Shown here in pieces: positions 29,205 to 40,004 of a stretch of DNA of 64,000 bases. The notes under the pieces are model-generated. The model was not told where the DNA came from, made no database searches, and saw only the letters and a program-made list of their open reading frames with translations. A program made the translations under genes and the position numbers. Position 1 is the first letter of the stretch; every line of letters begins with the position of its first letter. The stretch comes from Anaerohalosphaeraceae bacterium (lineage in GTDB: Bacteria > Planctomycetota > Phycisphaerae > Sedimentisphaerales > Anaerohalosphaeraceae), in NCBI GenBank assembly GCA_963675525.2, contig CAXXSL010000013.1, forward strand, positions 256,001 through 320,000. Reading direction: 5' to 3'.

Positions 29205-32200
29205 TTACTGACCCGGATCCGGATTGGCCGCACTCCAGTTGTTCGGATCGTTGCCGTAAGCCGAATGAGTTATCCGCTGGAGGGAATCCCCATTACCATC
29301 GGGATCTGTTGGCCAGGGAAATGTGTCATCATACGTTACCTGATCGACACGAATCCATGAGCGGTCCTGGCCATATAATTGTTCGCCGGGCTTGCACAGA
29401 CGTACTTTTTCACCGCCGTTACTGAGACTCGTGGTATTCGCAAACGGGCCGACGACCTGCGTTCCGGCCGGTAGCGAGGTATAGTAGCTATTAAATGCGG
29501 ACGGGTCTCTGGCGACGATCAAATAATCCCCCGCATCAATGGATGTGCCTGCGTCGAAGCTGTAATCAATCCCATTGGTGAATGACCAGGAAACTGTTTC
29601 GTCCACAAAGGTGCCCGGCGATGTTTCTCTCCTGACCAGGTCTTCCAGATAGACGGTTTGGTCCGAGATATTATGCAGCTCGATATACTCGTCGCCATTG
29701 TTTCCGGGATCCGGATTGTATTGGATTTCCGATATAACGATCGGGCCGACCTGCGGACCCGCATTGGCCCAACCATCCGTGGGGAAACTCATGGCCACAA
29801 AATCCACATCGTTGGTACTGGTGACATAGCGGCCCAGGGACACATCCTGCTCGGAGGGATCGAAACCCTGTTCTGTCTGGTAGCCGGTGATCTGACCGCC
29901 TGCGCCGGAGGTCAGGTATAGTGTTTCACCGTTTTCACTCAACGCAAAGGCCGTTCCGAAATGCATGTCTTCGTAAAAGACCACATACCCGCCGGCAGGA
30001 ATTTCAGGGGTATTGGTTGGGATCGTGTATTTCGTGTAATCTAAATCGTTGTCGCTGAGGAACCAGCCGCCGACAGAGACTGACTGACCCGTTGTATTGT
30101 GCAGCTCGATCCAGTCCGGATCGGTATCGTCCGAATGGGCCAATATTTCATTGACGACGACACTGTCAGGTGCCAGACCGACTTCATCTTCACCGGGAGA
30201 ACCGCCGGAGACAGTACTGGCACGCCAGCCGGCCTTTTCATCCCACAGGAGCAGATCCCCAAGCGGGTCAATGATCGTTAACGAGAATCCATAGCCGTCG
30301 GTCAGCGGATACCAACCATCCTTATAACTGAACAACTGAATCGCTCTTCCGAGGGCGTCTTTGAATTTGACTTTATCGCCGTCGTTGTCAAGCGCTCCTT
30401 CGTCCCATTGAATGACTGGAACGGCGCCGGGCACATCGGTGTAATAAGCTTCAAACAGGGGTTTGTTTCGCACCAGCAGCAGATACTCGCCGGCACCAAC
30501 CGTGATATCGCCGAATGTATGCACAATGCTTTTAGTGAACTGGACCAGATTCAGATTGACCCCCGAATCGCCGATGTTTTTTATTTCAATGAATTCATGG
30601 TTCGGATCGGCCGGGTGGTACATCAGTTCCGTGATACGAAGACTTTCAACGATCGGATCTGTATTGAAGACCGCTTCAGCCAAAGCGCTCCACTCACCGC
30701 CGCCGCTTCTGGAACGGGCTTTAACAAGTGTTGGTTTAGTCAGCGATATGCCGCCACTGTAAGTGACTGCCGATGCGGTATTGACCGCCCCGCCGGGCAA
30801 TCGCGGATCGGTGCCGTCCAGTGTGTACCAGATCGTATCGCCGCTGTTGCTCATGGTCAGGCTGGACCCTGTCGCAATGTCGCCGCCGTACTGAGCCGCA
30901 CTGTTAATATAAAACTCCGGCGCCGTCGTTGCCGGATACCATTTGGGATTCTTCGAAGTAAACTGAGCCAGCACGACATTGTGTCGAGTAGGGATAAACG
31001 AGGTTAATAAGCGATTGACTTCATCGATCCATTCTTCGTTGCGAGTATAGGGTGTACTGCGGCGGTTGTCGCCCCAGCGGGCCGATTCGCCGACAATCGC
31101 ACGGTCGATCCAGTCGGTCAGGTGCGTGAAGACAGCCGCAAAGTTATTCGGTGTCAGTGCGCCATTATTGAAAAAATGTTTATGAACCTGATCGGCAAAC
31201 GCCATACGGTACTCATCATTGCCGATCCATTTCCATTGCAGGCCGGTGGGTGCCATGGAGTTATTTTTCGTGGTGGCGTCCGTTGTCGGAAAGGAGCCAT
31301 CGTCCATGATGTGTTCGGCGTCCCACATATGCCATCGCCAGCGTCCTTCGGGATCGAACCGGTTATGGGTAGCATACCAGTTCTTGTGGTCCCAGTCGCC
31401 GTTCCCCACATAATAGTTTGCAAGCAAATAGTCGATAAAGTCGGGTACATCGAGCTTTTGCTTGAGATTTTCGAAAGCAGTTACTTCGTCAGGGCTGCTT
31501 TGGGAAATATTGAACATAGCAACAAGGTCATCATAGCTTCCATCAATGGCATTGTTGTATACATGTTTAACAACATCATAATCCTCTTTGTCACCGCCCA
31601 AATAGGACGCTGCAAACGCTCCGTCCGGCCGTTCGTGCATCCAATACATGCCCCAATACAAACCGTTGACGTAAACATGTAACGGCCTTCCGTGACAGGC
31701 ATAACTGCCCAATGCAAGTTGTGTATTGGAAGCAACCTGGTCGCGTACATACTCACCATGCTCGCGCTGGACTTCAGTGGGATGAAGCCAACTGTTCTGC
31801 GGGCGTGAGTCCAGGACGATGGTGTTGTATGTATCGGCGCCCTCTGAGCCGAACAGTGGATGCTCCAATTGACCGCCGAAGATACCGCGGAACATCAATC
31901 GGAAAGAGAGCTTATAACACTTCCATCGATCCAGAGTTGTACCTCCTGCCACCTCACTGGCACCTCCCTGCATTCGGATGCCGCAGTTGGTCTGGAATAG
32001 TTCCACGCCGTTGGGGTCGATCAGTTCAACCGAACCGGCGCGTTCTGTGCCGTCTTGGCCCTCATTGATATATATACCCTCCGAACCAAAGAGGCTATCA
32101 ATAGGGGCAACAATCGAGATACTTGGGACAGCTTTTAAATCATCTTTAATGGTGGATGCATAAAGTGCACCGAACATGCCGGACGGATCGGTGATATCCC

Positions 32201-34583
32201 GATCCATTTGATAATCACCGGTTACAGCACCTGAATTGGTCCCGCCCGGCCAGGTGGTCGGATAGCCTGAGGGAATTATCTGTGCACCTGTTAATGGATT
32301 CGTGGCCTGTGTCAGGACATCATCGAGGAAGATATAGGTTTGGGTGTCGATATCTGAACCCAGATAGCCGGTCTTAAAAGCGGCGGCTCTCAGGCAGGTT
32401 GTCGTATTGATTGAAACAGGCCCTGTATAGACGCTGCCGGTTGTCGCGGTGGGGTCTGAGCCATCGGTCGTATAGCGGATGACCGCGTCGGGTGTATCGC
32501 AGGTGATGGTGACGGTGAACGGGCTTTCATAAAAGCCGCGATCCATGCTGAATTTTGTGTCGTCCACCAGGCCGTCATAGATGACGGAATTGGTACTGCC
32601 GCGTGTGGGGCTTATCAGATAGCCCACGGCGTCAGGATTGTCTGACGCAAAACCGTAGGAGACCAATCCCCGTTGTTTGGGATAGTCGTTGTATGCGTGT
32701 TCAACAGACTGTCCATCAGGACGGATCAGGGCCAGATATTCGCCGCCGATAGATAGATCGAAGGTTGTGTGCAGATTGCCATAGTCATCGACAAACGGAT
32801 AGCCGTATTTCCCAACATCTTTATTAGAAGCATAGACAACAAAATGCCCCTGTGCAGGGATAGAATAACCCGCGGGGAACCGCCACTTGGTCAGAGTGTC
32901 CGGATCATCCGTTAGGTACCAGCCTTCGAGGCTGACAACCTCGTCGGTCATATTCTTCAGCTCGATCCAGTCATCATACGCAGGCTCTCCTTCTACCGAA
33001 GTATATAAATTTACCGTCGGCACAGGACGTAAATCGAGCACATTGGAATTGACGGCCATAAATTCGCCGATAGCCAGAGTTTGTGCCGTTTCAGAATAGG
33101 TTCCCAAAATCTGTATTGTTTGCTGACGTACGATTGTAACCGATCGTGTTCCGGGAGACGCCCAGCCGGCAACGACTGAAAATTCGACGTCATGCAAACC
33201 TTCCGTTAAATCCGTTACGATTGCACTGGACGATCTCCATACTCCGCCATCGACGCGCCACTGCGCACCGGCAGTAACCACTTCGGCCGGCAAAAGTAAT
33301 ACCCGCAGCGAACCGGTCCAATTGTCGAGCCAGCTTTGCGCCAGCAGGCCGAGATCCGGCATTTTAACCCATGTGTCGCCATCCAGGTCCGCGATACTCG
33401 TCCCTGTGTTGTCCAGCCAGTTCAGAGCCACCAATCCCAAATCGGATAATGTGACAATACAATCCCCATCCACATCGCCAACAGGACAGATCGCATCAGC
33501 GACTGTTATTATCACGGTATCCGGAGTTGCATTCAGTAAGCCGTCTGTGGCGTCAAGCTGTAATTCATATTCTCCGGCAGCCGGAAAACGCACGGTTATC
33601 TGGGGTTGATGAATATCCGTCATGAATTGCACAGTCCCCGGACCGGAAACCTGTGACCATGTACTCTCTAAAAATCCATTGGCATCACCCTGTCCATCGT
33701 CCGAAACAGAACCGGTCAATGTCAGGTATTCCTGGGGAAGATGAATCGTCTGGTCCTGACCGGCGTCAACAATTGGTTTATTATTACCGCTTATTTCTTC
33801 AAGCATAAAACCGCCGAATGGATAAGCGCGGTAATTGGAACCGGTTGCTTCGGCACGCACTATGAATGACCCGGTTCCGCCGCCGGCGTCTGCGACCCGA
33901 ATATCATCCCAGCGAACGACATAACCGGTAGTATCTCTGTGGTTACCCCCGGCCATAAGAATTGAGTAGTCGCCGTTTTTCTCGTAAATTTCATCAGAAC
34001 TGTTATTGACAGCGCTGAGATGATCTGAAATCGTAAAAAGTGTTAAACGGTCGGTATAATCATTCCCCCGAATCGCGGTTGTCACAAAGGTGTACTTATC
34101 TGATGGATTCAGACCCGTAAATTCGATCTCCACCCACCAGCCCGTGTTGCCGTAATAAATCAAATAATTCGAGAAATCTACGATACCGCCAAATATCTCA
34201 TATGCCGGTGTTCCGGGACGAGGTTGGGCTTCGCCGTCTGCACTGCCGGAAGAGGTACTGTAAGCGGGTATGGCTGAAGCGTTCCAAGTAAATGTGGCTG
34301 TGACGTCAGTTGGCAGACCGGTTGAGTAATCAATCAGTGAGCCGGTCGTGTTGGACGTAAAGCCGTTATAAATCGTCCAATTCGTAACATTTCCGGCAGT
34401 TGTATCCCCACCACTTCGGATGCAATCGTTGTAAGCCGTCCAATCGGCTTCTGTATAACTGCCGGTTATCAAAAAGATAAAAAACAGGACCGCTAAAGAC
34501 AGTATCTTATGGCGAAATGAATTACACATAAGAATCGACAGACTGGTAATTATCTTTGGTTGCATGCACCACACCTTTTCCAT
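29205..34583 (-). CDS. Giant exported CotH-kinase-family protein with Ig/PKD-like, dockerin-like, lamin-tail and FN3-associated (chitobiase C-terminal-like) domains
   Basis: Signal-like hydrophobic stretch; 'DAGQDQTI..WSQVSGPG'; 'GDVDGDCIVTLSDL..NWL' twice; LTD motifs 'DWIEL.N', 'EFIEIKN', 'EYIELHN'; 'IRYTTDGSDP'; CotH motifs 'VYVNGLYWGMY..HER', 'NGDW..KNWY', 'WHMWDAE'. Start uncertain (34529-34646). Confidence 0.85.
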   Translation of the reverse strand: MEKVWCMQPKIITSLSILMCNSFRHKILSLAVLFFIFLITGSYTEADWTAYNDCIRSGGDTTAGNVTNWTIYNGFTSNTTGSLIDYSTGLPTDVTATFTWNASAIPAYSTSSGSADGEAQPRPGTPAYEIFGGIVDFSNYLIYYGNTGWWVEIEFTGLNPSDKYTFVTTAIRGNDYTDRLTLFTISDHLSAVNNSSDEIYEKNGDYSILMAGGNHRDTTGYVVRWDDIRVADAGGGTGSFIVRAEATGSNYRAYPFGGFMLEEISGNNKPIVDAGQDQTIHLPQEYLTLTGSVSDDGQGDANGFLESTWSQVSGPGTVQFMTDIHQPQITVRFPAAGEYELQLDATDGLLNATPDTVIITVADAICPVGDVDGDCIVTLSDLGLVALNWLDNTGTSIADLDGDTWVKMPDLGLLAQSWLDNWTGSLRVLLLPAEVVTAGAQWRVDGGVWRSSSAIVTDLTEGLHDVEFSVVAGWASPGTRSVTIVRQQTIQILGTYSETAQTLAIGEFMAVNSNVLDLRPVPTVNLYTSVEGEPAYDDWIELKNMTDEVVSLEGWYLTDDPDTLTKWRFPAGYSIPAQGHFVVYASNKDVGKYGYPFVDDYGNLHTTFDLSIGGEYLALIRPDGQSVEHAYNDYPKQRGLVSYGFASDNPDAVGYLISPTRGSTNSVIYDGLVDDTKFSMDRGFYESPFTVTITCDTPDAVIRYTTDGSDPTATTGSVYTGPVSINTTTCLRAAAFKTGYLGSDIDTQTYIFLDDVLTQATNPLTGAQIIPSGYPTTWPGGTNSGAVTGDYQMDRDITDPSGMFGALYASTIKDDLKAVPSISIVAPIDSLFGSEGIYINEGQDGTERAGSVELIDPNGVELFQTNCGIRMQGGASEVAGGTTLDRWKCYKLSFRLMFRGIFGGQLEHPLFGSEGADTYNTIVLDSRPQNSWLHPTEVQREHGEYVRDQVASNTQLALGSYACHGRPLHVYVNGLYWGMYWMHERPDGAFAASYLGGDKEDYDVVKHVYNNAIDGSYDDLVAMFNISQSSPDEVTAFENLKQKLDVPDFIDYLLANYYVGNGDWDHKNWYATHNRFDPEGRWRWHMWDAEHIMDDGSFPTTDATTKNNSMAPTGLQWKWIGNDEYRMAFADQVHKHFFNNGALTPNNFAAVFTHLTDWIDRAIVGESARWGDNRRSTPYTRNEEWIDEVNRLLTSFIPTRHNVVLAQFTSKNPKWYPATTAPEFYINSAAQYGGDIATGSSLTMSNSGDTIWYTLDGTDPRLPGGAVNTASAVTYSGGISLTKPTLVKARSRSGGGEWSALAEAVFNTDPIVESLRITELMYHPADPNHEFIEIKNIGDSGVNLNLVQFTKSIVHTFGDITVGAGEYLLLVRNKPLFEAYYTDVPGAVPVIQWDEGALDNDGDKVKFKDALGRAIQLFSYKDGWYPLTDGYGFSLTIIDPLGDLLLWDEKAGWRASTVSGGSPGEDEVGLAPDSVVVNEILAHSDDTDPDWIELHNTTGQSVSVGGWFLSDNDLDYTKYTIPTNTPEIPAGGYVVFYEDMHFGTAFALSENGETLYLTSGAGGQITGYQTEQGFDPSEQDVSLGRYVTSTNDVDFVAMSFPTDGWANAGPQVGPIVISEIQYNPDPGNNGDEYIELHNISDQTVYLEDLVRRETSPGTFVDETVSWSFTNGIDYSFDAGTSIDAGDYLIVARDPSAFNSYYTSLPAGTQVVGPFANTTSLSNGGEKVRLCKPGEQLYGQDRSWIRVDQVTYDDTFPWPTDPDGNGDSLQRITHSAYGNDPNNWSAANPDPGQ

Positions 34584-34957
34584 TTCGAAATCAGCCTCAA
34601 GAGTAATGATAGTTTGCCTTAAAAAAGGATGGTTACCAAGCTTCACCCCAGAAACTATGAAGTCTAAAAAGACCCTCTAATCCCCCTTATTTCCAACCTT
34701 CAAATCGCAATATTTATTATATGATCATAGTGTTATGTTCAAAAACGTAAAAATTACAACATACAAAATGTCGAAAATTAGAACCGTTAGTTCAGGATGT
34801 CTAATGTTCCATTTCAATCGAAGTATAAACTGTTTCTTACGCCTTTATTTTCACAATTATCGCGCTTCAATTGTGACAGCTGATTCCATTCAAAAACAAT
34901 ATTTGTGTCGAGTTCCGGATTGCTGCTATGACCACCACTTGAATCAGGTCTATTTTT

Positions 34958-36640
34958 TTAATTCATCGTTTTGCTTTTCACGATTCGCCCGGCATTCGAT
35001 GATCTGGAACTAACAGGAGACTCAACCGCCCCGCCGTCACTGACCTGGGTCTGGGGAAGTATCGATTGTTCCCACATCCCGTCGGGCTTGACTTTCATGA
35101 CTCCGGTATCACGAAAAAATTCCAGACTGGCAACGGTATAATCCAGCATCGCACTTGTCGCAGCATCCTGAGCCTTCAATAGATCTTCACGAGCATCCAG
35201 AACATCGCGTGTATTGGCACGGTCATATCGTAAAAGCAGTTGTGTGTTTTTTGTCCTTTCCTGTGCGAGTTGATATGCGTTTTGTTCGTTTTTGTAACGC
35301 CGATAGGCTTCCTGCATCGCCCGATATGATCTTCTGACTTCCAGCACCACCCGGTCGGCCACTTCCTGATGATCCCGCTGCTGCTGCATTAAATCGATCA
35401 AGGCTCGGCGATAGGCATTTTTTTCCGTCAGGCGATCAATGGGCAGGTCCAACTGAAGGCTCAGTTCGTAACGTTCATTTGTCGTTCGAGAATCCAGCGT
35501 CTGCGTGTCCGCGATCCCGATCAGGTTTAATTCCGCACGGATAGCATCGGCCGCAACGTCAACCTTTCGCTCGGCATCAATCGCCATATCCGCGGCATTG
35601 GCCAGATCCAAACGCTGATCCAGTGCGATCTTGACCGCCTCTTCTTCCGAAACGCGAATCGGATTCCAGACAGACTCTTTCAACGCATCAAATTCACCCA
35701 TGTCCAATTGAAAATCTTCAGAGGGATGCAATGCCAATTGCATTTTAAACTCATCGAGAGCTGCCTTATAATCTCTTTGTAACTGGATATATTCCGAGAA
35801 AGCTTTTAATTTGTCCTGATCCGCCTGTTCGAGCTCGTGCTGTGCCACTCTTCCGGCCGCGGCTCGTTTCCGAAGGTTTTCGTAGATATCAACAAGCGAG
35901 TAGAAATAATTACGGGCGTTGTTCTGCCTGTCGTTTAACTGCAAAACAAGATAATATTCGGACATAACAGAGGTGACGAATTCTTTGCGATAGCGATTGA
36001 ATGTACGAATCTGATAAAGTGTGTTACGTTCGGCCTGCGTGAGATTTTCAAGTGCGACTTTTCGGCCGGCGCCCCGCAACAGCGGTTGTGTGATCACGGC
36101 TGAGGCAACCGTCGAAAAACCGCTCCGATAATCCCCGGAAAGGATATCGATCCACCCCAGACTGATATTGCTTCCAACCTGTGCACCGGTCGCCAGCAAT
36201 TGTTCAAATCCTAAATTGGCGTTTTCCCACGTACCTTTTTTGTCGTTGTCTTTGAAGTATCCTCCATCGGCACCTGCAAACGGCATGGGTTCATAGAAAT
36301 GCCGGACATCCGTAAAATCCAGAGCCGTCAAATACAGGGTTTCTTTTTCTGTGTGATATTGCCTGTTATGACCCGTCGCGTATGAAACGGCCTGCGGCAT
36401 GGTTAAAACCCCAAATTCAGAAAGACAAACGTTCTGTATCTGCAAAGAATTGGAGTCTTCAGAAGCATCTGAAATGCGATAGTTTGCCTTTGCCGCCAAT
36501 TGATCATCCCATTGTCGGTCAATGATCTCATACACCTTCGCATCTGTCTGGCGCGCAGTTCGCGACAGGTCAACATCGCAGCCCGTCGATAAAAGACCAA
36601 TTATTCCTAAAAGCAAAAGCCGATAAGAAATTCGAAACAT
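34958..36640 (-). CDS. TolC-family outer-membrane factor (lipoprotein)
   Basis: Lipobox 'LLSTGC'; 'ITQPLLRGAG..ENLTQAER', 'ALDQRLDL', 'LQLDLPIDR', 'DVLDAREDLLKAQ'. Confidence 0.85.
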   Translation of the reverse strand: MFRISYRLLLLGIIGLLSTGCDVDLSRTARQTDAKVYEIIDRQWDDQLAAKANYRISDASEDSNSLQIQNVCLSEFGVLTMPQAVSYATGHNRQYHTEKETLYLTALDFTDVRHFYEPMPFAGADGGYFKDNDKKGTWENANLGFEQLLATGAQVGSNISLGWIDILSGDYRSGFSTVASAVITQPLLRGAGRKVALENLTQAERNTLYQIRTFNRYRKEFVTSVMSEYYLVLQLNDRQNNARNYFYSLVDIYENLRKRAAAGRVAQHELEQADQDKLKAFSEYIQLQRDYKAALDEFKMQLALHPSEDFQLDMGEFDALKESVWNPIRVSEEEAVKIALDQRLDLANAADMAIDAERKVDVAADAIRAELNLIGIADTQTLDSRTTNERYELSLQLDLPIDRLTEKNAYRRALIDLMQQQRDHQEVADRVVLEVRRSYRAMQEAYRRYKNEQNAYQLAQERTKNTQLLLRYDRANTRDVLDAREDLLKAQDAATSAMLDYTVASLEFFRDTGVMKVKPDGMWEQSILPQTQVSDGGAVESPVSSRSSNAGRIVKSKTMN

Positions 36641-36657
36641 TCATTTCCCCCGTGGTA

Positions 36658-37815
36658 TTATTGCACCACTGTGCTGATGCCGATGATTTCATTGTGGATA
36701 CAGGCAAAACCAGGCTGTATCGGTATTTGCACGGCACGCCCCCACTCCGGCACGGCCGGGTCCTTCCACAGCCGTTCGGGAATTATTTCCATGGAAGCGC
36801 TGACGTGAGAGACCTGTGACACAAACATGTGATAAGGCGGATTAAGCGAGGCGATTTTGACTTTCATATTCAGCTCGATCGAAGCCATATCTCTTTGGGA
36901 CACCCAGGTCATAATAATCTCGGGTGTCGGCTTGACGATCGTCATGATCGCGTCACCGCGTACAACGGTTTGACCGGGTTTATAAGTTAACGTATTAACG
37001 ATCCCGTCAAACGGAGCGGTCAGAACAATAACGTCCCGCTGCTCGATCAGTTCCGCTATTTTTTTCTCCTGTACCAGAATTGCCTTTCGGATAGGAGCCA
37101 ATTCTTTATCCGCCAGTTGCGGCCGCATCGGTACTTTCTGACCGAACTCATCTTTGCGAAGCAGTGCGGCTTCATAGTCATTTTGGGCCTGTGCCAGCAT
37201 TTGCTCGGTCTGAACAACTGTTTCTTTCAAGATATTATATTGTGCCTGTACTTTTTGAAGTTCGTATTCTTCCGCGGCATTTTGTTTTAAAAGGCTATTG
37301 ACGATCTCTATTTCGACTTCCAGATCCCTGAGGGCCAGACGATCCGGTTCCAGTGATGACTTGATCTCAAGAACAGCCAACCGGGTTCTTTCAACGTCCA
37401 CCGATAACCGGCGTTCCGTTGTGGCCATATCATTGGAAAATTCAAATCCTTCAATCACCAGCCGGTTTTCAGCGGCTTCCAGATCCGCCTTCAGCATTTC
37501 CAGTTCAGCTTCTGCCGTGTCTCGCTGAGCCTGAAGCAAGGTGTCGATATACTCCCCTCTGGCAACGGTGTTTTCCTTAATGATCGCCAGCGTATCGCCT
37601 TTTTTAACTTCCTGATAAAGCGTAACGGGGATCGACCGGATATAACCCGTTTCGACACTGTTGATGGACTGTTCGTGACTGAAGGCAATGCCCCTGAGTT
37701 CTGTGCGCATGGATTGATGCTGAAACAGCAGCACCACTGCCGCCAGCGAGAAAAACCATACAAACACCGGTAATGTTCGAGTCAACAATCGTCCTTGTTT
37801 AAGCTGAAGCCTCAT
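36658..37815 (-). CDS. HlyD-like membrane-fusion (periplasmic adaptor) protein
   Basis: N-terminal TM; split lipoyl halves 'GYIRSIPVTLYQEVKKGDTLA' and 'LTAPFDGIV..PGQTVVRGD' around a long coiled coil. Confidence 0.82.
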   Translation of the reverse strand: MRLQLKQGRLLTRTLPVFVWFFSLAAVVLLFQHQSMRTELRGIAFSHEQSINSVETGYIRSIPVTLYQEVKKGDTLAIIKENTVARGEYIDTLLQAQRDTAEAELEMLKADLEAAENRLVIEGFEFSNDMATTERRLSVDVERTRLAVLEIKSSLEPDRLALRDLEVEIEIVNSLLKQNAAEEYELQKVQAQYNILKETVVQTEQMLAQAQNDYEAALLRKDEFGQKVPMRPQLADKELAPIRKAILVQEKKIAELIEQRDVIVLTAPFDGIVNTLTYKPGQTVVRGDAIMTIVKPTPEIIMTWVSQRDMASIELNMKVKIASLNPPYHMFVSQVSHVSASMEIIPERLWKDPAVPEWGRAVQIPIQPGFACIHNEIIGISTVVQ

Positions 37816-37841
37816 CTATGATAATCCTCGATCAAATGTTA

Positions 37842-38540
37842 TTAAATCTGAAGCAATTGCTCCTGTACGGTCAGGCTGATATTATTAACACCTTCAATTT
37901 TTTGCAGCTCACTCATCATGGCTTCATTTTTAGCTACATTTTTAATCATAATCTGGTAAGCGTATTCGACGCTTTGACTTCCAAAATCTCCACCGTCCGA
38001 AGAAATCATCGTATGGTTGCCGCAAAACTTGTTCAGAATGATTATCACAGGATGGGTGGGGGCAATATAGCCGTTAAGCGTAAAACGAAGGAATGCGTTG
38101 TGCGGTCGATGTGAACCGAAGTCGGACATGTACAAATAGAGGATGATCATGCCAATGACCAATGTCCCGATAATCGCAATGGCATACCGTTGTGAGCCGG
38201 CGGCCATGCCGATGACGAGAGCGCAAAAGATAAACGCAATATCCCGCGTGTCTTTAATCATGTTTCGAAAACGAATGATCGAAAGAGCCCCCATCAATCC
38301 CACCGCAACAACAAAACTGCCGGCAATCGTTGACATCACCATCGCAACAATCACCGTAATGAGAATCAATGACTGAACAAATGACCGTGAATAGGAAAGC
38401 CCGTTGTGGGTAAAATAATAAAGCCATGCCAAAAGCTGCCCCAGCACAAACGCCAGCAGCAGAGACAAAAGGAGGGCCTGGACCGAAAATTCCGGTCCGG
38501 TCACAGAGGCATTTTGAATGGATCGCCATATCGATTCCAT
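37842..38540 (-). CDS. DUF4956-family membrane protein
   Basis: 'YSRSFVQSLIL', 'GLMGALSIIRFRN.IKDTRDIAFIF..GMAAG'; about five TMs plus an ACT-like C-terminus. Confidence 0.9.
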   Translation of the reverse strand: MESIWRSIQNASVTGPEFSVQALLLSLLLAFVLGQLLAWLYYFTHNGLSYSRSFVQSLILITVIVAMVMSTIAGSFVVAVGLMGALSIIRFRNMIKDTRDIAFIFCALVIGMAAGSQRYAIAIIGTLVIGMIILYLYMSDFGSHRPHNAFLRFTLNGYIAPTHPVIIILNKFCGNHTMISSDGGDFGSQSVEYAYQIMIKNVAKNEAMMSELQKIEGVNNISLTVQEQLLQI

Positions 38541-38543
38541 GAA

Positions 38544-39443
38544 TTATACTCCTATCAAACAAGTCGGGGCACAAAAGCCCATTGAACAGGATTGTTGTAC
38601 ACTCGAAACATATTTAGACATTGCGGTTTGCTTCAGATCAAAACATTTCACCATGTCGCTGAGCCAAATCGGATAATGATTTGTGAATTTAATCTCAAGA
38701 ATAACAAAATCCATGGGAATTCGTCGCCATCCCACGCCATTCATGGTTAACACCGGCCGGTCAACTGCTTTAAAGCTCATCTCTCGATCAAACGTGACCC
38801 GAACACGATTGTTGGAATCCCCTTCATAAGCTTGCCGCATATATCGAACTAAAACAAGCGGGCGGGCACAAAGAGCCCGAAGATAAAACTGAAACTGCCT
38901 GAGAATCTTCTTGTCTTTCTCATACAGCGAATCCGGAACACACAAATCCTGTATCACGCTTTTCAGCATTTCCTTCGGCAGTCGGGAACGGTCCTTCATA
39001 ATAACACTATTCAGACGTCTCTTGATTTCCACAAAACAAGGGGTTTGAGGTTCGTCGTCGTAGCAGCGAACCCGCAGTTTAAAACGATTGACTTTTCCTT
39101 CAATGGTTTCTTTGCATAATTGTAATTCTTGTGAGTCAAAATATAAACTGGAAATAGGATACTCCAGATTCGGGCGTTTCCGGGAATACTGATCAACGGG
39201 GATATACGACTGGACATATTGAGCGATCGCCCTGGCCTTGCTTTCCCGAATGCGGTATTTCAATTCATAGCGGCACGAAAGCGTCGTGTCTTTATTTTTT
39301 TCAGGACCGAAATGCCGAGAATTCGTTTTATGGACAGGTGTTGGTAATGGCGGCGACGGGAAATGAGATTTGCGCGGGCGCAATGGCTCAATTGTGCCCG
39401 AATGATCTGTAATGATTTGCTTCTTACTTGCCATACAATCCAC
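38544..39443 (-). CDS. VTC-domain (polyphosphate polymerase-like, CYTH/TTM superfamily) protein
   Basis: 'RYELKY', 'ISSLYFD', 'RFKLRVRCY', 'EIKRR', 'Y.RQAY', 'RVTFD', 'ILEIKF', 'SKY'. Confidence 0.9.
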   Translation of the reverse strand: MDCMASKKQIITDHSGTIEPLRPRKSHFPSPPLPTPVHKTNSRHFGPEKNKDTTLSCRYELKYRIRESKARAIAQYVQSYIPVDQYSRKRPNLEYPISSLYFDSQELQLCKETIEGKVNRFKLRVRCYDDEPQTPCFVEIKRRLNSVIMKDRSRLPKEMLKSVIQDLCVPDSLYEKDKKILRQFQFYLRALCARPLVLVRYMRQAYEGDSNNRVRVTFDREMSFKAVDRPVLTMNGVGWRRIPMDFVILEIKFTNHYPIWLSDMVKCFDLKQTAMSKYVSSVQQSCSMGFCAPTCLIGV

Positions 39444-40004
39444 CTACCAGACACGCAAAACCATATATAGACTGACACACTCTCAATCTCTTTTCATTGT
39501 GGGAAAACTTGTCATACACACCCCACCATGCCGTCGATTGCACAAACTAACAATCTATTAATCAATCTCTAACAAAGGACTAACAATTATTGTATCAAAA
39601 AAACAAGATGAAATCAATACTAAAAAAGCTCTGAAAAGCGGATAACTGTCAAAAATACGCGATAATGACCGAATCCCGGCCAGATTCAAGATAAAACGGT
39701 TTTAGGGGTTTATACGGAGGGTTGGCTTCTTGATTTAGACAAAAGAAGACTTATTGTGTCATTTTATTGACATTTGGAACATGAAGTTTTTTTGGTCTCT
39801 TCGAATCATTCGGATATCAAATCTCGCTTGATATCAGTGTAAATAAACCAAAATAAGGGTCTAAAACATAGATATTAGGTATGAAGCCTTTTATTCTGTC
39901 TGATTTCTGGTATAATCCAGCAAAAAGACCTTTAGAATTCAAAAGAACTGACCCATTAATCCTGTATTAAGCAAATCAAGTGATTGGTAAAGGGAGTTTG
40001 CATA

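Noticed and set aside
39444..40004. Riboswitch or ncRNA in the long intergenic regions (also 19833-20220, 28674-29200, 34650-34957)
   Set aside because: AT-rich promoter-like DNA with no aptamer motif I can recognise; an Rfam scan would be needed to exclude one.
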